A stretch of 64,000 bases of DNA from NCBI GenBank assembly GCA_000004695.1, contig CM000151.3, positions 7,072,001 to 7,136,000 on the forward strand, given 5' to 3'. A program made the translations under genes and the position numbers. The notes under the pieces are model-generated. The model was not told where the DNA came from. It did no database searches and saw only the letters and a list, made by a program, of their open reading frames with translations. Shown here piece after piece: positions 1 through 9,016 of this stretch. This stretch comes from Dictyostelium discoideum. Lineage: Eukaryota. Numbering within the stretch: position 1 is the stretch's first letter; each line of letters starts with the position of its first letter.

Positions 1-163
1 AAAAATAAATAAAAATAAAAAAAAAAAAAATAATTAAAAATAAAAAATCTGGTAAAAAAAAAAAAACTATAAATATTTTTTTTTTTTTTTTTATATAAAG
101 CATTAAACAAATCGAAAAAAACTAAATTTTTAACTATAAAAAAAATTAAATTTAAAAAAAAAA

Positions 164-186
164 ATGTTAGCAAGTAAGTGTCTAAA

Positions 187-225
<39 letters not shown>

Positions 226-417
226 AATCTAACTTTATCCTTTTTTTAATTAGAATCATTAATCTTCTCTAAAAACTCATCAAAGGCAGACAAAATTTTT
301 TCAAATGATAAATTGACTGTTACTTCTTTTTCTTTAAATGCCACTTGCGAAAAAATTTCAGCTTCAACTACAACTTCTACCTCTATTTTTACAAGACCAA
401 ATTTCTTGAACTACTAA
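164..417 (+). CDS. micro-gene family copy A. Exon 1 at 164–173 (atgttagcaa|gtaagt), exon 2 at 254–417. Product is 57 aa: MLAKSLIFSKNSSKADKIFSNDKLTVTSFSLNATCEKISASTTTSTSIFTRPNFLNY.
   Basis: ATG plus 7 nt ends in phase 1, followed by a GTAAGT donor. An AT-rich intron ends in ...aattag, after which exon 2 stays open to TAA. The architecture and termini are shared with nine other copies. Confidence 0.55.
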
Positions 418-783
418 AAAAAATATATAAATAAACTAAATATATTGGCCGACTATAAATTTAAAATTCTAATTTTAATTGTTTGTTTGTTTTTTTTTTT
501 TAATAAATTTACCAATAATTTTATTAATTTAAATGATTTTATTAATTTAAATGATTTTCCTTTTAAAATTAAAAAAAAAACAATTTCATTTCTAATTAAT
601 TTTTTTTATTAATTTTTTTTTTTCAAACCCTCCATTACCTTTTACTAAAAAAAAAAAAAAAAAAAAATTATCTTATTTTGGTTTTAATATATGTACATGT
701 TTTTTTATTATTTATTTAAATATACAGTTTTTATATCAAGTATTTGTCGGCCTTGATATTTTATATTATTTTTTTATAAAATT

Positions 784-1031
784 TTAAAAATTTAAAAAAT
801 TTGGTCTTGTAAAAAAAGAAGTTGCGTTCTTAATTGAAACAATTTCATTTTTTGAAAAGTTATTTAAAGGTGTTTCACTATGGATACAGTTTAATGAAGA
901 TGAGTTTGTTTTGTTTGAAATTGAAATTAATGATTCTAAAATAATAATAAAAAAAAAATTAGAAATTATGTTTTGGAAAAAAGAAAAAAAATTGTTTTAA
1001 TATTCATTGCATTATACATACTTAATAACAT
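784..1031 (-). CDS. micro-gene family copy J. Exon 1 at 1031–1022 (atgttattaa|gtatgt), exon 2 at 935–784. Product: MLLKSLISISNKTNSSSLNCIHSETPLNNFSKNEIVSIKNATSFFTRPNFLNF.
   Basis: Reverse strand. Same exon and phase structure as the other copies, with the conserved exon-2 start aatcattaatttc and the C-terminus FFTRPNFLNF followed by a stop. Confidence 0.5.
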
Positions 1032-1555
1032 TTTATTATTTTTTTATATAGTTTTTTTATTTATTTCTAAATTTAGAATTTTTGTTTTATTTAAAATGAT
1101 TTTTTAATTAATAATGAATTATTTTTTTTAAACTATTTATATTTTTTTTTTTTTTTTAAGTAAAAGTATTCAAAAACCACTTTTATCTGTTAAATAATAA
1201 AATTTAAAAAATAATTGAACAGATGTTGTCGACATACACACACTCTCAATATAAAAATAGTGTTATCACAAACTTTAAAAGAAGTATGTGCGAATAGATT
1301 TTATTTAATATAGAATCATAAAACCAAAATGATATTTTTTATATATTGATTTTAAAAATAAAAAAAGCAATTTATTATTTTTAATAAATGAAGAAATAAA
1401 TTTAATTAATAAATAAATAATTTAAAAGGGTTGGTTTAAAAAATAAAATAATTATTTAATATGAACCAAAATTAAAAAATGAATTAATTTTGAATTTTTA
1501 TTGGAATAATTGAGTATACATATATTTTTAATTGAATATTAATAAAAGTGAAAAT

Positions 1556-1655
1556 NNNNNNNNNNNNNNNNNNNNNNNNNNNNNNNNNNNNNNNNNNNNN
1601 NNNNNNNNNNNNNNNNNNNNNNNNNNNNNNNNNNNNNNNNNNNNNNNNNNNNNNN
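1556..1655. other. assembly gap (100 N)
   Basis: Run of N characters; it lies inside the repetitive micro-gene cluster. Confidence 0.99.
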
Positions 1656-1789
1656 ATGTCATCATTTGTATTTTTAATTTATAGTGTCATTTTTAGATAT
1701 TCTTTTTTTTTTTTTTCAATTAAAACTGAAATTGTATGTTTATATATATCAGTGTTTTATTTGAAATAAAAAAATAATAATAATAAATG

Positions 1790-2257
1790 AAGTAAAAATA
1801 TTCAAACCACTTGTTGATGATATCCATTATTTAAGTAATCATTGTTGAAAACATATATTTGATATTGTTGTTGTCAAAAAAAAAATTAATATGATTTCAA
1901 CAAGATTAATAAAATAGTTTAAATTATATTATTATTCTTGTTGATATCATTATCCTTGTTTTTTTGTTTTTAAAAACAATTGTCTTTACTTGTATGTCAA
2001 CATAATATTTTTACAAAATTTAAACAATTAATAAAATTGTGTGTTTATTAAATAGTGGTGGTGGTAGGAAGTGGTTGGGGTGGGGTGGTGGGAAGTGGTT
2101 AAATTTTACTTAAAATAATTATTTCGATTTAAAAAATAAAATAGAATTTAAAAAAAAGTATAAATACTTTTTTTTAATTTTATTTTTTATATCAAACAAA
2201 CATTAAATTAAAAACAAAACAAAAACATTAATTAAAAACTATGAAACTATAAATAAA
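1790..2257 (+). promoter_or_regulatory. conserved promoter module of copy B: two TTGTTGATATC-type blocks (1808–1830, 1938–1950), a G-rich box (2055–2098), TATAAATA (2159–2166)
   Basis: The same elements occur in the same order upstream of copy E (5120–5583) and, mirrored, upstream of copy C (3190–3480). The G-rich box (GGTGGTGGTAGGAAGTGGTTGGGGTGGGGTGGTGGG) is highly unusual in DNA that is about 90% AT. Confidence 0.5.
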
Positions 2258-2497
2258 ATGTTATTCAGTATGTATTTTTAATAAAAAAAACAATGAAAAT
2301 ATCAATGAATATAATATTAATTTAATATTTTTTTTTTAAATTTAGAATCATTAATTTCATTATCAAATAAAAATACCACCTTAAATTCATCTTTAATTTC
2401 AAATCAAACAAACAATGATTGTAATGAATTTAAAAATGAAATTACAAACAAAAGTTCTACTGCATTCTTTACAAGACCAAACTTTGTAAACTATTAA
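2258..2497 (+). CDS. micro-gene family copy B. Exon 1 at 2258–2267 (atgttattca|gtatgt), exon 2 at 2346–2497. Product is 53 aa: MLFKSLISLSNKNTTLNSSLISNQTNNDCNEFKNEITNKSSTAFFTRPNFVNY.
   Basis: Canonical GTATGT donor, tttag acceptor, and an in-frame join. TATAAATA lies at about −99 and a G-rich box at about −200. Confidence 0.6.
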
Positions 2498-2584
2498 AAA
2501 AAAATATTATGATAAAAACAATTCCGATAAAAAACTTGTACAAACAATAAAATCTATTTATTTATTTATTTATTTATTTTAAAA

Positions 2585-2632
<48 letters not shown>

Positions 2633-2944
2633 CCTTGAGTGATTTTTAAAGTTGGTTTTAAATTAATTTTTTAAAACTATTGATTTTTTGATATTTTATC
2701 TTTATTAATATGTCTCCTTTGGATTTTATTATTTGCCCACTTTTTCATTTATAAAAGTAATTCGTTTTTTTATCAAATTTTACATAATTTTAAAATTTTT
2801 TTTTTTGTCAAACTTTTCCACAAATAAATAAAGAAAAAACAGAAAAATTATTTTTTAATTTTAAATAAATATATAAATATATTTTTTTTTTTAAATGTAC
2901 AATTTGTTTATCGGTATTAAAATTTTTTTTTTTTTTTTTTTTTT

Positions 2945-3189
2945 TTAATAGTTTATAAAGTTTGGTCTAGTAAAGAATGCAGTAGAACTTATGTTTGTAA
3001 TTTCATTTTTTAATTGATTACAATCATTGTTTGGTTGATAAGAAATTAAAGATGATTTTGAGGTGGTATTTTTATTTGATAATAAAATTAATGATTCTAA
3101 AAAAAAAAAAAAAAAATTCAAAATTAAAATCAACTTCATTATAATATATTTTTAATTATAATTTTTAAAATATACCTACTGAATAACAT
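2945..3189 (-). CDS. micro-gene family copy C. Exon 1 at 3189–3180 (atgttattca|gtaggt), exon 2 at 3096–2945. Product: MLFKSLILLSNKNTTSKSSLISYQPNNDCNQLKNEITNISSTAFFTRPNFINY.
   Basis: The ORF track (2945..3139, minus) covers exon 2. Exon 1 and its donor are found upstream on the minus strand. The promoter is a mirror image of the copy B promoter. Confidence 0.6.
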
Positions 3190-3480
3190 TTTTTATTTTT
3201 ATAGTTTTATATTTAGTTTTTTAAGATTTTATAATGTTAACTTTGTTCGATATAATAAATTAAAAAAAAAAAAAAGTATTTATACTGTTTTTTAAATCGA
3301 AATAATTAAGTAAAATTTAGATAAACACCCACAACCACCACCACTATAGCACATTTTTTTAAAAATTATGTAAAATGATTATGTTGATATACAAGTAAAC
3401 AGTAAAAAAAAAACAAGTATAATGATATCAACAAGAATAATAGTTTAATTTATTAACAACATTTTAAAAATATGTTTCCA
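3190..3480 (-). promoter_or_regulatory. conserved promoter module of copy C: TATAAATA at 3277–3286, a C-rich run on the plus strand (G-box in gene sense) at 3326–3345, ATGATATCAACAAG at 3422–3435
   Basis: It is the reverse complement of the copy B and copy E promoter architecture. Confidence 0.45.
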
Positions 3481-3705
3481 ACATCCATTTTTTTAAAAAA
3501 GGACTTAAAATTTTATTTAATTAATTAAAAAAATAATACAATAAAATTGTTTACAACAAAATTTAATTTTAATTTTTATGATTATTTAAAAAAGAAAAAA
3601 ATAAATGATAATTTGTAAAAAAAAAAATAAAAAATTAATTCTAATTATCTAGAATAATTTATTTTACAATAGTTTTTTTAATAAAAAAAGTTATTTGGTT
3701 GTTTT

Positions 3706-3745
<40 letters not shown>

Positions 3746-3948
3746 AAGCTAAATTGAATTATTTATTTAAAAACCTTTTTTGAACTAATTATAATAATAA
3801 AAATCAAAATAGCTAAACTATTTCACTCAAAAAAAAAAAAAAATGAAAATAATTTTTAAATTTTTTAAATAAATAAATAAATAGTTTTTTATTTGTACAA
3901 GTTTTTGTCGGCAATATAATTTTTTCAATAATTTTTTTAATAGTTTAC

Positions 3949-4085
3949 AAAGTTTGGTCTTGTAAAAAATGCAGTAGAACTTTTACTTGCAATTTCATTT
4001 TTGAATTCAATGCAATTATTATTTAATTGATTTGAAATTAATGATTTTGAGGTGGTGTTGTTATTTGATAATGAAATTAATGATT
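3949..4085 (-). CDS. micro-gene family copy D (partial). Exon 2 at 4085–3949 encodes ...SLISLSNNNTTSKSLISNQLNNNCIEFKNEIASKSSTAFFTRPNFVNY. Exon 1 is lost in the N gap.
   Basis: The exon-2 acceptor (ttag|aatcattaatttc) and the conserved C-terminus are present. Upstream sequence is the gap at 4130–4219. Confidence 0.45.
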
Positions 4086-4129
4086 CTAATAAATAAAAAA
4101 AAAAAAAAAAATAAGTATANNNNNNNNNN

Positions 4130-4219
4130 NNNNNNNNNNNNNNNNNNNNNNNNNNNNNNNNNNNNNNNNNNNNNNNNNNNNNNNNNNNNNNNNNNNNNNN
4201 NNNNNNNNNNNNNNNNNNN
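4130..4219. other. assembly gap (90 N)
   Basis: Run of N. The predicted exon 1 and promoter of micro-gene copy D would fall inside this gap. Confidence 0.99.
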
Positions 4220-5119
4220 ATAAATCATTTTATTTCATATTTATGTTTAAAATATGTACATGAAATCACAATAAACAAAACAACACCTATGTTTAATGAT
4301 TGTTTAAAAATTGTTGATTTAAGAAATGATTTGTATTGATTCTAATAAATTAAAATTTTAACCACAAAATAAAATCCTACCACAATTTATTCTTCCATTC
4401 CTTCTACTATACCCTAACCTATTTAATTATATATTCTAGAATTTGAATTTATTGTAAAATAGTGTTTATACTCCACCAACAAAAAGGATTTAAAAACTAT
4501 TTTAAAAATCATAAAGCTTTAAAACAAAATGTTTGAAATTATTATTTTAAAAGGTTTGGAAAAAAAAGAAAAGAAAAGAAAAAAGAAAATGATATTATTT
4601 ATTAAAAAGAAAAAAACAAAAAAACAAAAAAAGAAACAAACTAAATCAAAATAAACCAATTTAGAATATAATTAATTTCTTGTTTTTCTTTTTTTTTTCC
4701 AAACTTTTAAATTTAGAAAATAATTGATTTCTTGTTTTTCTTTTTTTTTTTAGAATCGCTGGTGTATTTATTTTTTTAATTATTTTATTTTTTGATTTTG
4801 TTTTAATTTATTTCTCTTTAATTTTACTTTTTTTTCGAGTTGCTGATAGCTATGCTATTTATTTTTATTTTATTTTACTTTTACCATTTCTCTTTTATTT
4901 TGTTCTTTTTTTTTTTTAATGAATTTTTTTTTTTTCATTGTTTTAAAAACTTTTAAAAATGAAAAAAAGTATAGGAAAAATGAGAATCATAAAAAACAGG
5001 ATGATGAATAAGTTTTGATCACTTATATTTTTTAAAATATAGTGCATTTTTACATGACATATTATTATATTTTTTAAATTTGAATTGAAAAATTATATAA
5101 ATGAAGAAAAAAAATGAAA

Positions 5120-5583
5120 ATTAATTAATGATGATATCAATTTTAAAACAATGATTGTTGAAAACATACAATATTTATGATTTTTATATGGTAGTTGAAG
5201 AAAATTATTGATTAAAAAAATTATTATCTATTAATAAAAAGGTTTTAAATTATATTATTATTCTTGTTGATATCATTTTGCTTGGCTTAATTTTATATTA
5301 ACATTTAACTTTACTTGTATGTCAACATAATATTTTTACAAATTTTAATTTATTTAATTTATTAAATAATTGTGTGTTTATTAAGTAGTGGTGGAGGGGG
5401 GTGGGTGGTTGTGAGTGTGTGATTAAATTAATTATAACTAAAAATTATTTCGATTTTAAAATTAAAAAAAAAAACAGTATAAATACTTTTTTTAATTTTA
5501 ATTTTTTATATCAAACAAAAATCATTAATTAAAAACTAAAGTTAAATAAATTAAAAACTATAAAAAAAAAATATATTTATAAA
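5120..5583 (+). promoter_or_regulatory. conserved promoter module of copy E: TTGTTGATATCAT at 5275–5287, G-rich box at 5387–5424, TATAAATA at 5479–5486
   Basis: It aligns with 1790–2257. The G-box variant is GTGGTGGAGGGGGGGTGGGTGGTTGTGAGTGTGTG. Confidence 0.5.
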
Positions 5584-5839
5584 ATGTTATTCAGTATGTA
5601 TTTTTTTTTTTATTTTTTTATTAGAATTATTTTTTAAAAATATCAATGAATTTAATATTAATTTAATATTTTTTTTTTTAAATTTAGAATCATTAATTTC
5701 ATTATCAAATAAAAATACCACCTTAAATTCATCTTTAATTTCAAATCAAACAAACAATGATTGTAATGAATTTAAAAATGAAATTACAAACAAAAGTTCT
5801 ACTGCATTCTTTACAAGACCAAACTTTGTAAACTATTAA
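5584..5839 (+). CDS. micro-gene family copy E. Exon 1 at 5584–5593, exon 2 at 5688–5839. The coding sequence is identical to copy B.
   Basis: Exon 2 matches B over all 152 nt. About 460 bp of upstream sequence is also highly similar to B (5120–5583 versus 1790–2257), which points to a recent duplication about 3.34 kb away. Confidence 0.6.
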
Positions 5840-6493
5840 AAAAAAAAATAATATGATATAAACAATGCCGATAAAAAACTTGTATATTTAATAAAAAAAA
5901 TTAATTATTTATTTATTTATTTATTTAAAAATAAAACCAAATTTTTTATTTTTTTATTTTTTTTTTTTTATTTTTTTTTTTATTTTTTTGAACATTTTCT
6001 ATCCTGACCCTGCAAATATAGCACCAAAAAAAAAAATTTAATTCAAAAAAAATAAATTTAAATAAAATTAAATGTTTTTTGAACTTCGTTTTTTTTTTTA
6101 TTTTATATAAATTTTTTTTTTTTTTGGGTACTTTTGTTCACTTTTTTCTTTTTATTTTTATACTTAAAATCTTTCAAAAAAAAAAGAAAAAACAAAAATT
6201 GATCAAATAATGAACTTAATATATTTCTTACCAAAAAATAAATAATAATAATAATAATAACGATAAAAATAATACTCAGTTCTTATTTTACATATGTAAC
6301 CTTTTTATTTTTTTAGATAATTTGTCATAATTATTATTTTTATTATTATTATTTAAAGTTTAAAAAAAAAAAAAGAAAAAAAAAAAAAATTTTAGTTTTT
6401 TTAATTAAGTTTTGTTTATTAATTTTAATTTATTTTACAAGTAAAGTTCGGCCATGTAAATTTATATATATATATAAAGTTTTTCGTTTTTTT

Positions 6494-6736
6494 TTAATAA
6501 TTTACAAAATTTGGTCTTGTGAAAAAGGCAGTTGGACTCTTCATTGTAATAGAATTATTTGTAGTACTAATTGAATTTATATTATTAGATTCAATTGAAC
6601 TTGATAATGATGATGAATTTTTGTTTGATAATGAAAGTAAAGATTCTATTTAAAAAAAAAAAAGTAAATTAATTAATACAATGACTTTAAAAATTTTTTT
6701 TTTTTTTTTTTTTTTTTTCAACTTACTGAATAACAT
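6494..6736 (-). CDS. micro-gene family copy F. Exon 1 at 6736–6727 (atgttattca|gtaagt), exon 2 at 6645–6494. Product: MLFKSLLSLSNKNSSSLSSSIESNNINSISTTNNSITMKSPTAFFTRPNFVNY.
   Basis: Reverse strand, same architecture. The promoter has TATAAATA at about −100, a G-run, and the GATGTTGTCGACATACA element. Confidence 0.55.
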
Positions 6737-6925
6737 TTTAAATTATAGTATATTAATATAGTTTTTATATTTGTTTTTTTATTTATTTAATTAATAAAAT
6801 TTTTTTTTAATGATTAAAATAATTTTTTTTTTTTTTATTTATACTTTTTTTTTTATTTTTAGTTTAAACATTTAATATAACCCCCAAAAAACCACTTAAT
6901 AACACTAATAACAAATTTGTAAAAT

Positions 6926-6946
6926 AGATGTTGTCGACATACATGT
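6926..6946. promoter_or_regulatory. conserved element GATGTTGTCGACATACA(T/C), followed by a CA run, about 190 bp upstream of minus-strand copy F. An identical element lies at 1218–1240, about 190 bp upstream of copy J.
   Basis: Two copies of an exact 17-mer containing a GTCGAC core, each flanked by (CA)n or ACACAC. Both sit at the same distance from the ATG of a minus-strand micro-gene. Confidence 0.4.
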
Positions 6947-7601
6947 GTTTTAAAAATTAAAAGGTTTTTTTGATAAACACACACACATTAAAAGAAGAGA
7001 TTTTATTATTTTAATTAAAAGATAATTTTAAAAAATGTAGATATGGTATCAACATCATTTTCTTTTTGACAAAAATAAAAATAATTATTTTAAATTTTAA
7101 TTTTTAATGATTATATAATTATTTACCCGCTCATTGATCACTATTTTTTTCCAAATAATTGTTATCATCATTTTTAAAATCAATTTTCTTCTTTTATAAG
7201 TTTTTTATTTTATTTTTATAATAATTTTAATTTTCTTAAGGAGTATTAATATGGATATAATAACAATATAATTGATTTTTAAAGTAAATCAAGTAAAATA
7301 AAAATAACAAAATTTCTTCATTTACTTTATTTATTTTAAAAATAAAAAGGTTTTTTATTTAATTTTAAAAAATTATAACATCATCCTTTTTTAAAATAAA
7401 AGAAGATAAAAATGATGAAATTATTTTATTATTTTTTACTTAATGATGTATTATCTTAGGGGACATCAAATTGAGAAAAAAAAAAAAAAATTATTTAAAT
7501 TAAAAATTTTATTCTTTTTTTTTTTTTTTTTTTTTTCTTTCCTTAAATTTATATAAAAACTTAAAAACTAGAACTTCTAAAAATAAATAAAAGAAATTAA
7601 A

Positions 7602-7843
7602 ATGCTATTTGGTATGTTAAAATTAATTTTATATAATTGGTTGATATTTATTTATTAATATTTTAAATTTTAGAATCAATTAAATTAAACATAAAAATAA
7701 ATAATTCTTTAAATGAATGTTCAAATTTATTAATTAGTGAAAATAATAAACATTCATTATATATTAATTCATTAAATACAATTACAACTAGAAATCAAAC
7801 TAGTAGCTTTTTTTTTTCTAGACCAAATTTCCAATGTTTTTAA
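7602..7843 (+). CDS. micro-gene family copy G (divergent). Exon 1 at 7602–7611 (atgctatttg|gtatgt), exon 2 at 7674–7843. Product is 60 aa: MLFESIKLNIKINNSLNECSNLLISENNKHSLYINSLNTITTRNQTSSFFFSRPNFQCF.
   Basis: Same exon and phase structure. The C-terminal motif is the variant FFFSRPNFQCF. Confidence 0.5.
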
Positions 7844-8309
7844 AAATAGATAACTAATTGTTAATTTACATTAAGAATAATTGTTCGAATAACTCAATAT
7901 TTAATTATTATTATGAATTAAATCATTTTTAATTTTAGAAAAAATAATAATTTATAAAAAAAATAGTAAAAATAAAAAATAAATTATTATTATTAAATTT
8001 CCAAAATCATACTTCATTTTTTTGATAATAACAATAATAATTATTTTGACAAAAAAAAAAAAAAAAAAATTGATAATTATTTCTTTTTGATAAACAAAAA
8101 TTAAAGTTGATATCAATAAATTTATTAGCCGGACAATTATTCAATATATTTTAAAAAATCAAATATCTAAAATATAAATCTTGATTTTAATAAATGTTGA
8201 TATCATACATATTATTTCTGCTTCTCATATAAATTTAAAAATAGCAACATATTCAATTTACAAATATATTTTATTTTTCAATCTATAGATTTATCAATTT
8301 TTTATTTTT

Positions 8310-8349
<40 letters not shown>

Positions 8350-8606
8350 ACCCATAGTAAAGAAGGGGTCAATTTTTAATTATCAAGTTATACGATTATT
8401 TCTATTTTAATTTTTATTTTATTTTTATTTTTATTTATTATTTTACTTTAATCAAAAAAAAAAAAAAAAAAAAAGTAAATATAAATAGTATTTTTTTTTT
8501 TTAAAAAAATAAATACTTAAAAATAAATCACAAATCAAAACATTAATTAATATAAATTATTAAAAAAAAAAAAAGAAAAATATTAAAAAAATAAATATAT
8601 TTTAAA

Positions 8607-8847
8607 ATGTTATTCAGTATGTATTTTAAATTAATTTTATTTCATTGTAAATTATAAATAATAAATATTAATTATTTTTATTTTTTTTTTTAAAATAGAA
8701 TCATTAATTTCATTATCAAACAATGTTTCAAAAGTTTCAACATTAATTTCAGTTGAAAACAATGAAAATTCTATAAATACTACAACAAATACTATAACAT
8801 TAAGAAGCACAGTCTTCTTTACAAGACCAAATTTTATTAATTATTAA
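8607..8847 (+). CDS. micro-gene family copy H. Exon 1 at 8607–8616, exon 2 at 8699–8847. Product: MLFKSLISLSNNVSKVSTLISVENNENSINTTTNTITLRSTVFFTRPNFINY.
   Basis: Exon 1 is atgttattca|gtatgt, the acceptor is aaaatag, and the conserved termini are present. Confidence 0.55.
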
Positions 8848-9016
8848 TTAAAAAAATAATTTATATATAAAAACAAAACATGGCCGAAATTTACATGTTT
8901 TAAAAAAAGTTAACGAAATAAAATCCTTTTGATTATAAAAAAAAAAATAAAAAAAAAAATTATATGTTTTCTTTGTATTTTTATTTTTTATTTTTTATTT
9001 TATTATTTTATTATTT

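Noticed and set aside
1548-1769. ORF-track ORFs 1548–1769 and 4032–4223 containing runs of X
   Set aside because: They span N assembly gaps. The translation is meaningless.
3326-3345. ACCCACAA matching the DUSE consensus ([AT]CCCA[CT]AA) of Dictyostelium ncRNA promoters. Also CCCCACAA at 13797–13806.
   Set aside because: In gene orientation the element at 3326 is the G-rich box of the copy C promoter (paralogous to the copy B and E boxes). No convincing small RNA gene with the expected structure lies about 60 bp downstream of either site. It is kept only as a low-probability alternative.
4600-4960. Tandem ttagaa(t/a)ataattaatttcttgtttttcttttttttt units and GC-containing bits (agaatcgctggtg, cgagttgctgatagctatgc)
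   Set aside because: They look like decayed relics of micro-gene exon-2 starts, with no ORF or conserved C-terminus. They are noted as part of the cluster's repeat debris rather than as features.
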